A stretch of DNA of 64,000 bases from Octopus sinensis (GCF_006345805.1 NC_043002.1:24428001-24492000); one strand, 5' to 3'; positions 25,679-39,375 are shown, counted from the stretch's first letter. Translations and numbers: made by a program. The notes: generated by a model not told the origin, from the sequence alone.

Positions 25679-27094
25679 ATAAGCTTCCTTCAGTTTCTAT
25701 TTACCAAATCCATTCACAAGGCTTTGGTTGGCTCAAGAAGATAAAGAACTGAACCTATGGTTAGGAAGCAAGCTACTTAACACACAGCCTTACCTTCCTC
25801 TGAAGATGAGTTTTATGTTCCTAAAATGAAGTGTTTGATGTCATAAGAAGAGAGAATTGTAAAATGTGAGAATTATAAAAGAAGAACAAGAACATTTAAA
25901 AAAGTGCCTTGTGGTATTTGTTCTGATTCTTTCTCTTCTGAGTTCAAATCCCACTAAGGTTAACTTAGCCTTTCATATTTTCAAAGTCAATAAAGTACCA
26001 GCCAAGAACTGGGATTGATGTAATAGACTAACTGCTACCCTCAGTACTTAATTCATAGATCATTATTTACAATATTGACTTATAGACCTTAAATATATAG
26101 TTGGTGGTATATTATGGTTGCAAAACAAAAAACTGGGTCCTTGCTAGTAATTAATATTTACATATCAAATATCAGGAATATGTTTAACACATAAATTGGT
26201 CCATCCAATAGTGTTACACTACTAAACTTAGAGGGTATTCAATCAGTGCATTTGTGGATAGTTGATGGGCTGGATGTGGTGTTGATGAAAAAGCAATAAC
26301 TCTTGAAATATATGCACCCGTTGCCTATCTTTTCTATCTTTGATCCCGTTGTTTACATAGACATATTCATATACAAAATATTGTAACTTACAGTGTTGGC
26401 TCTGAATTTTATAGAAAATCTATAGTTTATCACTTAAAAAAATTTATGCAGTATATAGACCATCATCTTTTAGCATCTGAATTCAATTCTGGCATGGTTT
26501 GGACAGTAAAAGCAAAATACCATCTAGAATTGATGTTATAGTATCTTTTTGTCATAACCCTCTTTATATATCAATATATTTATTATCAGTCAGAGTCTGA
26601 ATATATTTTCATCTTCTTTAAGCCCTATGTTAAAAGCTTTATGCACAAAAATATATTTTATTTAACTTGTGAAATATTTATTACTATTATTAATATGACA
26701 GGCCATTTCTGTAAGTGGATTTTAAATACCATTTTTATAATTAATTTTGGAGATTTGAGCAGTTTTCTAAAGTATTTTACAGACAGAAAAGTTGTAAATG
26801 ATTTATCAATGTTTTGACAACATTTCTATCATTCTGGCTATATAAGTGCCAATCATGCAGTTGCATGCCTGCATTTGTCTACATTTATATAATTATAAAT
26901 AACCATGCAAGAAACAGATTAGAATACTCCAGTAAAGTAACATAGTAGTACAGGTGCAGGTGTGGTTTGAGAGCTTGCTTCTCAACCATGGGGTCTCTAA
27001 CACCTGGGGGCAAATATCCTCTACTATAGTCTTAAGCTAAACACTGCCTTTCAAATGGATTTCATAGATGGAAACTAGAAGAATCCTGTTGTGT

Positions 27095-27380
27095 GTATAT
27101 GTTCTCTGTTTTTTGTCTTTGTTGCCATACACATTCGCTAGCTTTCATACAAAAGAGTCTAATGCTCTTAGCTTAGACTTTTTGGGGGGCAACCAGATTG
27201 AACTGTCTCAAGTGTAACTGCCCAAAACAGTAAGGACTTCTGGTATACTTCACTGAGGAAAGAAGGCCATGAATGACCCATCATTTTTTGCCTGTCCTTC
27301 TAATTTTTGTTTCTGCCTTTGTATCATCTGTCTGTCCAAATGTTTTATTGTCCTCTATTGCGTTTTTGTTCCATTTATAT
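27095..27380 (+). repeat. Interspersed repeat also present at 40200-40410 and 40880-41180
   Basis: Shared segment cattcgctagcttt...cttagcttagactt...aagtgtaactgc...gcctgtcctt...tttttgttccatt, followed by (TA)n. Confidence 0.75.
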
Positions 27381-28787
27381 ATATATATATATATCCTCCT
27401 TCTCACCCTCCTTATTATCATCATTTAATGTCCATGTTCTATGTTGGCATGGATTGGATGCTTTGACAAGATACAATGGGTCCAAGGACTGCATTATGCT
27501 CTAATGTATGCTTCTGTATGATTTGAATGGCTGGCTGCCCTTCCTAGTGCCAACTGCTTTGCAGTGTGTACTGAGTGCTTTTCTCATGCCATCAGTACCA
27601 TTGAGGTCATGCAGCTCACAAGACCTTAAGGGAGTGGGAGGTAGTTTTATATTAGTTGGGGAGGGAGAAAATGATTGTGGGAGATGCAAAGAAATAGACA
27701 AGAGACGAAAAATACCTGGTTTAAAATGTCTTAAAAGAAAGCTACTAATTCCAATACTATATATATACATTCAAAGCCATTATAGCAACATTAAAAGCTC
27801 CATGCAAATAAATACACAGGGCCTTATAGTATTTAATTTTTGATTGCATGCCATGGCGTACATAATTCATTATTGGGCTCCTAGACATACGAGGCTCTCA
27901 GACAATTGCCCAGTGTACCCAAGCCTTCAGGCTGCACTGCACTGCATGCATTCATACTTACATACATACATACGTTACTGTGTGTGTGGTGTGTGTGTGT
28001 GTGTGTGGTGAGCACACACACAAACTCTGAATGAAATATCATTCAGGGTTTGTGAATTGAATCAGATTGTTGAATGAAGCATGAAAGACATGACTGCAAA
28101 TTAATGGTTAATGAAATTATTACGTTATTATGAACAAATATTAATTGAACTGCAGTGATAAATATCCATTTGGAAATGAAATGCAAAAGGTCTGTTATTT
28201 GAAGAAATCCACCAGTTAGTTCAGCACCGGAAATGAATGCCTTTTAAGTTCTGGTGATTATTTGGTACATATTGATGTCTAAGAGGATAAATGGCAAAAT
28301 GCATGAAAAGAAGTGAGGGAATAAAAGGTTAATGTTTAAAAACCACTGACATAGAGGTTGCTCATTGACTGAAAATATTTGTAGGGGCTGTGGTTTAGCT
28401 GCAGGTCAGCCCTGACAGAATATATTTATGATGAAAGCCATTGAGTCATTACTAACTGCCATTTGATATATCAGGGACCACTATCCCTTATTCTATAACA
28501 TAGACAAAATGCATCTAAGATGGCAATGTCAAATGTATCTTTCTATTTTTTGTTAAGTGTAGGATGTGGTTTGAGGGAGATATGGTTGCTATTTTTAGTA
28601 GGCCAGGTAACAACATAGAGGTAACCTTGTAGGCTTATATGTGTGTCTGTATGTATGTATATTTACATATATATTTATATATATACATACATATATATAT
28701 ATATATATATACATGTGTGTGTATATATATATATGTATATATATATATATACATACATACATATATGTATGTATGTATATATATATA

Positions 28788-30060
28788 TTAGATTTTCAAG
28801 AAAGTTCTTGTGGAATTTTTAATTTGGGGTTTTAAATGATGTATTTTCAAATTAATTTGCATTAAATTACTTTGACTTTATATATCATTTTAAAGGCCAT
28901 TCTTCACTCTATCTAATCATGTTACTCCTTTTCTTTTTGAAAAATTACCACATTTTTTCTGGAATGTTGAATACAACATGGACAAAAAGCAAATTTGCAA
29001 AATTTTCTCATTCCAGTTCAAGCTAGGCTGAAAAGCTGCTAAAACAGCTCGCGATATCAATGATGCATTTGGCCCAGGAACCACTAATGAACGTACAGCA
29101 CAATGGTGGTTCAAGAAATTTCATGGTGGTGACAAGGGTCTTGAAGATGATAAGCGTAGTGGTTGGCCATCGCATGTTGACAACGATCAACTAAGAGCCT
29201 TAGTCGAAGCCAATCCACACACAACTGTTCGAGAGCTTGCTTCTGAATTCGATGTAACATATACGACAGTTTCCAACCACTTGAAAGAGATTGGAAAAAC
29301 AAAAATACTTGCGAAATGGGTACTGCATGAATTGAATGACATCCAAAATGAACGCTGTTTTGAAGTGTCATCTTCCCCTCTTTTACGCAACAAAAATTAC
29401 CCATTTCTTGACCGGATTGTGACTTGTGATGAAAAGTGGATTCTTTACAACAACCGGCAATGCTCATCTCAGTGGTTGGATGCTGACAAAGCTCCATGGC
29501 ACTTCCTGAAGCCAAAGTTGCACCAAAGGTCATGGTGATTGTTTGGTGGTCTGCAGCCAGTCTCTTCCATCAAAGATTTTTGGATCCAGGTGAAACCATT
29601 ATGGCGGAGAAGTACTTTCAGCAAATGGATGAAATGCATAAGAAACTCCAACAACAACAGCCAGCATTGGTCAATAGAAAAGGTTCAATTCTTCTCCACA
29701 ACAATGCTCGGCTGCACTTCACACAACTGACCCTGCAGAAGTTAAACGAATTGGGTTATGAAACTCTGCCTCATCTGCCATACTCACCAGACCTCTTACC
29801 TACCAGCTACCACTTTTTCAAGCATCTCGACAACTTCCTGTGTGAGAAATGCTTCAAAAACCAAGACAATGTCAAACACGCCTTCAACGATTTCATCTCT
29901 ACCATTCTTATGCTAATGGCATAAATAAACTTGTTTTGCATTGGTAAAAGTGTGTTGAATCTGATGGTGTATATTTCTATTAATAAAGCTTTGTTTGAGC
30001 CAAGATATGTGCATCTGAATTTAAAGGTTAAAAACCGCAAGAACTTTCTTGATAACCTAA
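28788..30060 (+). mobile_element. Full-length inactive mariner (cecropia/Hsmar1-like) DNA transposon
   Basis: ~30-bp TIRs (ttagattttcaagaaagttcttgtgg / ccgcaagaactttcttgataacctaa), TA flanks, 1273 bp. Confidence 0.95.
28978..29983 (+). pseudogene. Mariner transposase pseudogene
   Basis: MDKKQICKIF..., WVLHEL, TCDEKW, HNNARLH and YSPDLLPTSYHFF. Early stop, frameshifts, and mutated 2nd and 3rd catalytic Asp. Confidence 0.93.
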
Positions 30061-30082
30061 TATATATATATGTATATATATA

Positions 30083-31329
30083 TAAGACATTTGAGGACAG
30101 ATTTATGTTTATAAAAAAGAACATATAATAATAATAGATAATAACTTTATCAAAAATGCTATGAGGATAAAAATAAACATTCTTTTCTACAATGTTATTC
30201 AATAGAGCCACCTTCAGCTTCAACAACTACTTCTATATGAGATCTAAATCATCTACATGCTTGAATCAAGTGGTCCTGGTTCAATTTGAACATTACTCTG
30301 ACTATGGCAACTTTCAATGAATCTTTGGTGTTGTGGGTGTGTTCATTGACCTCTCTCTCAACAACATTCCACATGTAATAGTCTAATGGATTGAGATCTG
30401 GGGAATTAGGAGGCCAAATGTTAATGGTTATGTGATCATGAAAATTCTCAGCTATCTATTCCTGTGTTACTATACATGTGTGATAGTGCAGAGTCTTACT
30501 GAAACACACATGGCATTCTGTTGCATACACTGTCTATCCAGGGCTTAACGATTATTTACAGGACCCCAATGTAGGCTGCAGAGTTAACTCTAAGGCTTTG
30601 TGGAAAAAGTAAGGAGGCATCACATGTCCTTCATTGCTGATAACCCCTAAAACCATGACAGTTGCAGGAAATTTTGTATGCATAATACTTGGAACTTCAG
30701 AAGGGTCCGCATATAACCATTTGTCATTTCTTCTGTTAACTTTTCGATCTTGGTCAAAGTTTTCCTCGTTTGAGAAAAACCAAATCAAATCGTCTTCTGC
30801 TGGATTTTTCAGTTTGTTTAAGAGGCTTTTAGATCCGATGTAGTGATTTTCTTTGTTTTTTCAGACAAATTAACTTTTTGTCATCATATAAGACTTATAT
30901 CTGATGTCTTTGTGGACATATCTGACTGTTCCTTCTGAGACATGGAAATCTTTTGCAATTGACTTTATGGACTTTCTGGGATTGTAATCAATTGTAATCT
31001 GTTGAACTTGCTGGATACATTCAAGTGTTCTGATGATTTCAGAGCATTTAGAATGCTTTTTATACTTTGATACAGGTGATATATTTCCATCTTCTGTTTC
31101 TAGCTCCTTACAAACTTTGTAGATGAAAGATCTGGCAACTTTTAAAAATCCACATATTTCTACATTGGTATGCTCATCCTTTATAACCACAATAATAACA
31201 TGCCTCTTCATTTCTTGAGTAAGCTGAAGGTTTGCTGTTATTACTTTCTGGAACAAAAATTATACAGAGTTAGCAGAAATGCAGCAATGACCCAAAAAAG
31301 GTATGTCCTCAAATACTTACGTACCCTGT
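30083..31329 (-). mobile_element. Inactive maT (DD37D-type) Tc1/mariner element
   Basis: Minus strand carries an HTH region (..KSIKSIAKDFHVSEGTVR..), WFFSNEENF, VMVLGVISNEG, VFQ*DSA and WPPNSPDLNPLDYY. TIR core atttgaggaca / tgtcctcaaat at both ends (left end eroded). Confidence 0.88.
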
Positions 31330-31458
31330 TTGTGTGTGTATATATATAAATATATATGTATGTATATATACACTGTATAGTTTGTGAATTTAGAGGGTTT
31401 AGATTTGTGATATTATCCCTGTATTCCCCCTTCCCATCGTAGATGGGCAGATTTGCTA

Positions 31459-32588
31459 TCTTACTATAATGGGTATTATGTTCATCTGTCTGTCTGTCTC
31501 TTTGGCTGTTCCCTCTTTATGGCCACACAGCTGGACCAATGGTTATATTTCTTGGGATTACAAAGACGGTCGTCAGGGAGATTTTTAGCATAAAAAAATC
31601 AGAAAGTATAATTATTTCATGGATATCAAGTTTTGAATTGATAAACCACCTTCGCATTTTTATTAAAAATTCACTGACTGCAAGTAACTCTGGATTTTCA
31701 TTGTATAGTTTGTGGCTCCATCATAGATATGAAGGGGGTTGCGAGGACGGTTAATAGCGAAAATAAAATAGAAAAAGTGTGTGTGATTATTTAGTGGTTA
31801 TTGAAGTGTGTCAGTCTCAAGCAAGATTTGAAATGGCTAATCAAAGCAGCTGTTGTTTACATCTCAGTTTTATCAATCAAAATAACCCATGGTACCAGAA
31901 CATCCAGACATTATTCACATAGAACAGTGAGAGGTAAGTCTTAGTTTGATTTTTTGCAACCCTAAAGATTCTGCTCATACATTTACGGCAAACAAAGTAC
32001 AGGGCCAGGGTTTAGATCATGTAGGTGTATTTTTACCCACTCCAATGTTTACACATGGCCAGTTATATGTGGCTATGAGTAGAGCAACAGGCTCCAGTAA
32101 TTTGAAAATTAATGTCGACCAAACAGAAAATATCATCTACAAAGAAATTTTGTAATCATATTGATATTATTGAAAGGAATATGATTCATAATTTAAATAA
32201 GGAAATTTGTGAATTTTGAATGTATAAGAGTATAAACAAGCATAAAATAGTGTAAACAACTAAAATATAACTATATCTAAATGACATTTTTTCTTAATGC
32301 TTTTTATGTAGTGGTTGAAGTAAGCTCTGGCTTTTGTTAGGAGTGGTCCACATAACCATTCATGATACAGAGGCTGAAAGCCTATTTCAATTCAGGAGTG
32401 AATCGTCATCACATGTCACTTAGTCATATAACTGCAATAGAATGCTGTATCACCAACAATAATGTGATTTCTCTAAGACATCGTTCAGTAAATCTATGAA
32501 GTCCATTTACACATTTCTCAATACATACTGCTGTTATGGCTTCCCTCCCTCAGTTTATGACTCCATCGTAGATGGGTAGATTTGTTAG
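31459..32588 (+). mobile_element. Non-autonomous Helitron derivative
   Basis: 5' A|TCTTACTATAAT and a (tctg)n tract; internal PIF1-helicase C-terminus; 3' hairpin ccatc-gta-gatgg followed by ...TTAG|T (CTAG variant). Confidence 0.8.
31946..32155 (+). pseudogene. Helitron RepHel PIF1 helicase C-terminal fragment
   Basis: TANKVQGQGLDHVGV...MFTHGQLYVAMSRA...TENIIYKEIL matches helicase motifs V/VI and the typical Helitron C-terminus. Confidence 0.88.
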
Positions 32589-33199
32589 TATATATATATG
32601 TATATATAAGTATATATATGCATACACACATGCACACACACATTGCACACACACACACACAAGCACACACATATACATACATACATACACACATACATAC
32701 ATACACACACATACATACATACACACATACATACATACATACATACATACATACATACATACATACATACATACATACATACATACATACATGCATGCAT
32801 GCATATATACATACATATGCAAAGAGTCATATTCATTCACCGATGGCAATTTGAATTAGATTGTTGAAATGAAGTGTGAAAGGCAAGACTCAAAATTAAT
32901 GGTTAATGAAAGCATTACATTATTACAAACAAATATTAATTGAACTTCATTGATAAATGTTGATTTAGCAGTGGAAGGAATAAAAAGGGACTGTTATTGA
33001 TGAAATCTATCTGCTGATTGAATGCTGGAAGTAAACAGAAATGTTTTGTATTTCAAAGAAACTCAATTCATATTTTACCTATGAAATTAGATAGCAAATA
33101 CCGAGGAAAATGTGTGCAATGGTGATGATGATGATAATGATGGTGATGATGTTGATGGTGATGGTAGTGGTGGTGGTGATGATGATGATGATGGTGTTT

Positions 33200-33552
33200 A
33201 TTTGATTACAAGATGGTGAACAAAGAAGAGGAATAGTTTAAAAAATGCAACCCCTTAAAATTTGAGATTGCAAGGATTTGGAATTTGAAATCTGTAAAAG
33301 TTTTACCTGTGATTGTTGATGCATCAGGGACTATGAGTAATGACATAGACAAATGATTAAAGGAAATTGGAATGGAATGTCCTGTAGAACTTCTACAGAA
33401 GGTTTGCCTCTTATGAGCTGGCAAGATCACCAGAAGGGTGTTGAGCACTTGATGTCTTGCTAAAATCATGTGGAAATCTAAGGTAACAGGTTGTAACCTG
33501 CTACGTACATAATTTCCATCAGGAATAAGACCAATCCTGAGTCAAATTGAGT
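33200..33552 (+). mobile_element. Decayed 3' fragment of an RLE-type (R4/Dong-like) LINE
   Basis: LKFEIARIWNLKSVKVLPVIVDASG...LLQKVCLL*AGKITRRVL then a short 3'UTR ending in (AAT)n. Confidence 0.75.
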
Positions 33553-33603
33553 AATAATAATAATAATAATAATATAATAATGATAATAATAATAATAATA
33601 ATA

Positions 33604-33647
<44 letters not shown>

Positions 33648-33650
33648 TAA
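33553..33650. repeat. (AAT)n microsatellite
   Basis: Directly visible; further tracts at 34102-34172 and 34715-34787. Confidence 0.95.
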
Positions 33651-34098
33651 TTGGGATATGCCAATACACACAGATAGAGAAATTAAGGCCAACAGACCAG
33701 ATATAGTTGTCAGAGATCAGGAAGAAAAAAAATGTTATCTAATTGATGTATCAATACTGGCAGATGACAACGTGTCTCTAAAAGAAATGGAGAAACTTTC
33801 AAAATACAAAGACCTGGAAATAGAGGTAACCAGAATCTAAAAACAGAAACAATTCCTATCATAGTAGGTGCATTAGGCATGATAAAAAAATATTCAGACA
33901 AATACATAACAAAAACACCAGGACTTACAAACACATATAACATACAGAAAATTGCACTACTAGGCACTGCACACATCCTACGCAGAACACTTTCCATACA
34001 ATAACCATCAGAGCATCACAACAAATCACAGCACATACCCAAGGCACACAGAGCTGCACTCGGTAGTGAAGTGAAAGCACGCTATAAAAAATATACTA

Positions 34099-34101
<3 letters not shown>
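33651..34101 (+). mobile_element. 5'-truncated R4/Dong-type LINE with restriction-like endonuclease domain
   Basis: WDMPIHTDREIKANRPDIVV..LIDVSI..EKLSKYKDL..IPIIVGALG..LLGTAHILRR (PD..D RLE motif); flanked by (AAT)n on both sides. Confidence 0.9.
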
Positions 34102-34154
<53 letters not shown>

Positions 34155-34172
34155 TAATAATAATAATAATAA

Positions 34173-34713
34173 ATGCCCTGATGCAGTACCAGACAGTGGC
34201 TCACGTGGCTTCTGATTTTCACTGATTGGAAGTGTTATCATGTACATTGTTTTGTCTTGGTATAAAAGATGGGCTACAGCAAATATTCTGCTCAATACCA
34301 CAGATTTGCTTGTCAGTTGTTTGACCTTAACCAGTTGAGCATGTCCCTTAGTGGCTGACGATATGTGCATCTCTGACCATGAGCAGAAGTAGTGGGGGAG
34401 CATCATAGCCGTGTGTTGAGAGGAATTCTTAGAGGTTTGGATAATTCACCTTTGGAAATATGGGTGGGTCATTCAACATTCTTAAACAATCCTTATTCAG
34501 GGACCTTTTGAGTGGGATGGGCTACTCGACCAGAAGAAAATTCTAACCGGGCCCCACCAGCAAGGTCATGCGCTGTTAATCTTGATATGAGATCACCATG
34601 TTGGCACATATGGTTGTGATGCATGTGCCTGGTGAACCCTTATTAGATGGGTAGTCATGATGGGTATATATTTTACCCCAGTGTCACTTTGATGACATGC
34701 ACTGCTCTCTCAC

Positions 34714-34714
<1 letters not shown>
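34173..34714. mobile_element. ~540-bp non-coding interspersed element in (AAT)n, copy 1
   Basis: Highly similar end-to-end to 54463-54998; both copies are bounded by AAT repeats. Confidence 0.85.
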
Positions 34715-34767
<53 letters not shown>

Positions 34768-34787
34768 GATAATAATAATAATAATAG

Positions 34788-35620
34788 TTTCAAACTTTGG
34801 CATGAGGCCAACAACTTTTGGTGTAAGGATAAGTCAATTGTATCCGTTCCAGTGCTCAACTGGCACCTATTTTATTTGATCCTGAAAGGGTCTCTTATGA
34901 ACCTTAAATATGCATAGTTGACCGTGACAGAATTTGAACTCCAAATGTAACGAGCCAAAAGAAATGCAACCAAGCATTTTGTCCATCATTCTATTGATTC
35001 TGCCAGCTTGTTGCATTAATTAATAATGGTTTCAAATCTTGGCACAAGACCAACAATTTTAGGGGAGGGGTAATTTGATTATATTGACCCCAGTGCTCAA
35101 CTGGTACTTATTTTATCAATCCCAAAAGGATGAAAGGCATAGGCAAAGTTGACCCAGGTGGAATCTGAATTTAGAATACAGAAACAGTCAAAATGCTGCT
35201 AAGCATTTTGCCCAGCATGCTAATAATTCTGCAATTTTACTGTCTTCATGCTGCCTTAATTAATTAATTAATAATAATAACAACAACAACAACAACAACA
35301 ACAATTATAATAATTTCTAACATAGGTCACAAATTTTGGGGGTAGTGGTTAGTCAATTATATCAATCCAAGTTACCAAGTTCTTGACTGGTAACTTTATT
35401 TTATTGACTCCTGAAGGATGAAAGACAAATTTGATCTGGACTGGATTAGGTCTGGGCTGAACTTAGAAAGTAACAGGTCTAAAGAAATACTGTAAAGCAT
35501 TTTTACTGATGCTCTAACTAATCTCCCAATCCAGCTCCTTAATAATTTCTGCAACAAATACAAGAACAGAAATTTTGGAGGTGGTGGGGTGCAATCAATT
35601 ATGTTAACCCCAACACTTGA
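34788..35620 (-). mobile_element. Cluster of 3-4 diverged SINE family A copies in tandem
   Basis: Repeated ggtttcaaat(c/t)ttggcacaag...ctggtactta...gaaaggatgaaagg units. Confidence 0.7.
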
Positions 35621-36099
35621 CTGATGCATTATTTTATGCCACAGAAACCAGGCCCATGAACCTGGCTAGGCTTGAAAAGGGTGACGTTTATCGTTACATT
35701 TTATCATTCTCCTTATCAGATAGTATAGGTTTGTTATCTATTTCTTCTATCTTTCTGTTGTTTGCTTCAGTCATTGCCATGCAGCTATGTTAGAGCATTG
35801 CCTTGAAAGATTTGTTTGAAGAAATTGATCCAAGTTCTTATTTTAAAGTCATTTACTTATTCAAACAGTCTTTTTTGCTAAACCACTAAGTCAGTTTCCA
35901 TTGCTTGTTTTGGCATGGTTTCTACAGTTGGATGTCCTTCCTAATGCCAACCACTTTACAGAGTGTATAGGGTGCTTTTTATGTGCCACTAACACCAGTA
36001 CCTTTTACATGACACCATCAGTGTTTTTTTGTTTTTTTTATATGAAGCTAAATCAGAAAGTAATACAATTTTTTTTTACATTACTTTTTGACTCAACCT

Positions 36100-36137
<38 letters not shown>

Positions 36138-36475
36138 TATGTGTGTATGTGATGTGTGTATGTGGTGTGTGTGTGTGAAAGAGAGAGAGTGAGAAAGAGA
36201 GAGAGAGTGAGTGAGAGAGAGAGGGGGAGAGGAGGATGTAATATATCTCTGAAGGCATATGTAAATAGTGAAATGAGAGTGCAGCCTGTAAGATATTGTT
36301 CACAGTAAAATAAATATACTCTACATTCCAAATGTATTGCATTCCTTTCTAGAATTGTGGATCCTCAAATTATACATCTAGCTATATCTAATGATATATA
36401 TGTATGCGAGTGTATTTATTTGAGTGTGTGTGTTTGTGTGTGTGCATGTTTATATGTATGTGTATGTGTGTATAA

Positions 36476-36534
<59 letters not shown>

Positions 36535-37214
36535 TACATACATACATGTTCATGTATATATATGCATACACACACACACACACACATACACACATCACCT
36601 ATCCTGAGGCATATTTACCATAACCTCCTCCCATACTCCCTACCCTCTTAGACCACCTGGTAGTGATACCCATTATTCATGCCCATCATTCATCTAATCT
36701 ACTTCTGTTACTAGCCATCACTCTCACTGCTTCTGCTACTCTCTGATCCCTTTCATCCTGTTTCTATCATCATTCTGTCGCTTCTGTCACAGCTATATCA
36801 CCTTGAGTGGATGAATGCATTTCAGAATAGTAGGACTCTCAAACTTTCAGTGTAAGTAGCAAACCCTCTATTGTTGCTAACACAGTAAAATAGACTCACC
36901 CAGAACACTGTGGAAAGCAACTGGGAAGTGACTAGGCACATGGAGTCTAGACGATCCTTTGTTGATAATACATCTACTTCACTAGTATGAGTGGAAAAAC
37001 ACACCTTCTACAGCCTATCATGTGTTGGATTTAGAGGACTTTTAGTCTTATTGAAGACATGACAATATTTCTTGTGCTGGTAACATGAAAAAATTCACTC
37101 TGTAAAGTGATTGGTATTAGAAATGGCATCCAATCACAGAAAGAAAGCTAAAAATGAAACACAAGTGAGATACAGTTTGCTGAGCTGTTTACATATATAT
37201 ATATACATAGACTC

Positions 37215-37364
37215 ACGGGGTGGTTGGCGTTAGGAAGGGCATCCAGCTGTAGAAACACTGCCAGATCAGATTGGGGCCTGGTACAGCCTCCTAGCTTCCC
37301 AAACTCCAGTCGAACCGTCCAACCCATGCTAGCATGGAAAGCGGACGTTAAACGATGATGATGA

Positions 37365-37368
<4 letters not shown>
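37215..37368 (+). mobile_element. RTE-LINE 3' tail fragment
   Basis: gtggttggcgttaggaagggcatccagc...gcggacgttaaac(gat)n. Confidence 0.88.
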
Positions 37369-37417
<49 letters not shown>

Positions 37418-37799
37418 AGCAAGGTAATATTTCCTCATGACCAGACGTGTATTCATGACAGGCTATAAATGAAGAATACTACTTACAATGACCATAACAT
37501 TTATTTATAACTATCATGTATTGTCAAGATATGGAGATTAATACACATACACACACACGTGTATGCACACGCATACATGCACTCGCACACACACACATGC
37601 ACACACCCGCACACAAACACGCACACACACAGAACTGTAGATTGATAACCCAGTTATAAACTGGTACTCTGTTCCTGGGGATTGTTGGCCTGCCCTCCTA
37701 GCCAATGGGGCAGCATCATTCGAAATCTAAAACAATGTGATGAAGTGCACTGTGACCAGTGGTGTGTAACAACAAACGGATCAATACAATGATAATATA

Positions 37800-39179
37800 T
37801 ACCATATATGCTGGCATATAAGCCGATTCAGAATATAGACCATGGTGAACTTTTTCAAGTAAAAAAATGTTGGTTTTTAATACTACCAGTATACAATCTG
37901 AGAGCATAACAAATCGAACTCAAGAATAATTTCAGGTTAAGACATATGAACAAACTTCAACAGAACCCTTTTAACAAATTATGAATTTACAGTGAAATGG
38001 ATGTGTATAGCATCGAAATTATGAGAAAGCCTAGAGAATTTTGATGACATGATGTAATGAACTTCACATGTAAAACCCAAATGTAGAATGACTTATTGTT
38101 GCACTGAAGCAATAATAAGATTATTATTAATTTATGAGCTGAATAAATAAAATTAAATACACTTAATTTCTTAAATTTAAACTGAGGTAATTAGTGACAG
38201 TATTTCAATAAATTACAGCAAACAAATCATTCCTGTTGTTAGTAGTTTATCATAATGACAAAATGAAAATGAAAGGCAATTACAGGTTATTAAAATGGAC
38301 AACTAATGTTTGTAGTCGTGTCTCTAATATTCTGAACAGTTGTTCCTCTAATTACAAATGGCTCGCAGTGAAACAGATACTGGTCTTACTAGTTATCCCT
38401 CATCAGGATGTTACAACTACAAGGAAATATGAAGCTGCAATCAAACAGAAAGTTGTACACAATGCCAAAAAAATATAACAGCAATGCTACCAGGCATTTC
38501 ATTGCTATTGATATAGGCATAGGAGTGGCTGTGTGGTAAGTAGCTTGCTTACCAACCACCTAGTTCCGGGTTCAGTCCCACTGCATGGCACCTTGGGCAA
38601 GTGTCTTCTACTATAACCTTGGGCTGACCAAAGCCTTGTGAGTGGATTTGGTAGACAGAAACTGAAAGAAGCCCGTCGTATATATCTATATATATATGTA
38701 TGTGTGTGTATATGTTTCTGTGTCTGTGTTTGTCCACCCAGCATCGCTTGACAACCGATGCTGGTGTGTTTACATCCCCATAACTTAGCAGTTCGGCAAA
38801 AGAGACCGATAGAATAAGTACTAGGCTTACAAAGACTAAGTCCTCAGGTCGATTTGCTCGACTAAAGGTGGTGCTCCAGCATGGCCACAGTCAAATGACT
38901 GAAACAAGTTAAAGAGTAAAAGAGTAAGTCAGAGAGTGATGAAAATTTGGAAAATATGCCAAAAGATGAGTGTGCAAATAGGGGCCAGAACCAAAGAAAA
39001 GAGGCCAGAATTGAAGGGAGCAATATTAAAATGGGTAGAAGACCAAAGACAAAATGGTATGGTGGTGACAAGATGCTTCATCTGCCTACAAGCACTGAAA
39101 CAGGCTGATAAGAACAAACAGCTGTCCACAGATTTAAAAGCAACAATAGACTGGTCACTCCAATTAGCCGATTATTGAT

Positions 39180-39234
<55 letters not shown>

Positions 39235-39375
39235 ATAGCACACCAAGTCATTTTCTTTAGATAAAATATACATCTTAAAAAATTCTTGAGAACAATTCAT
39301 GCATGACAGGCAAATAAGCCAATATAACTTTTAGAAGGTTAAGATCTGGAACCAGGTTTTTGACTTATATACTGG

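Noticed and set aside
28978-29983. Domesticated SETMAR-like host gene
   Set aside because: It retains TIRs, has a stop, frameshifts and mutated catalytic residues, and no SET exons are nearby.
38383-38412. Minus-strand CTGATGA followed by GTA
   Set aside because: No GAAA box or helix II; lies within the pogo remnant.
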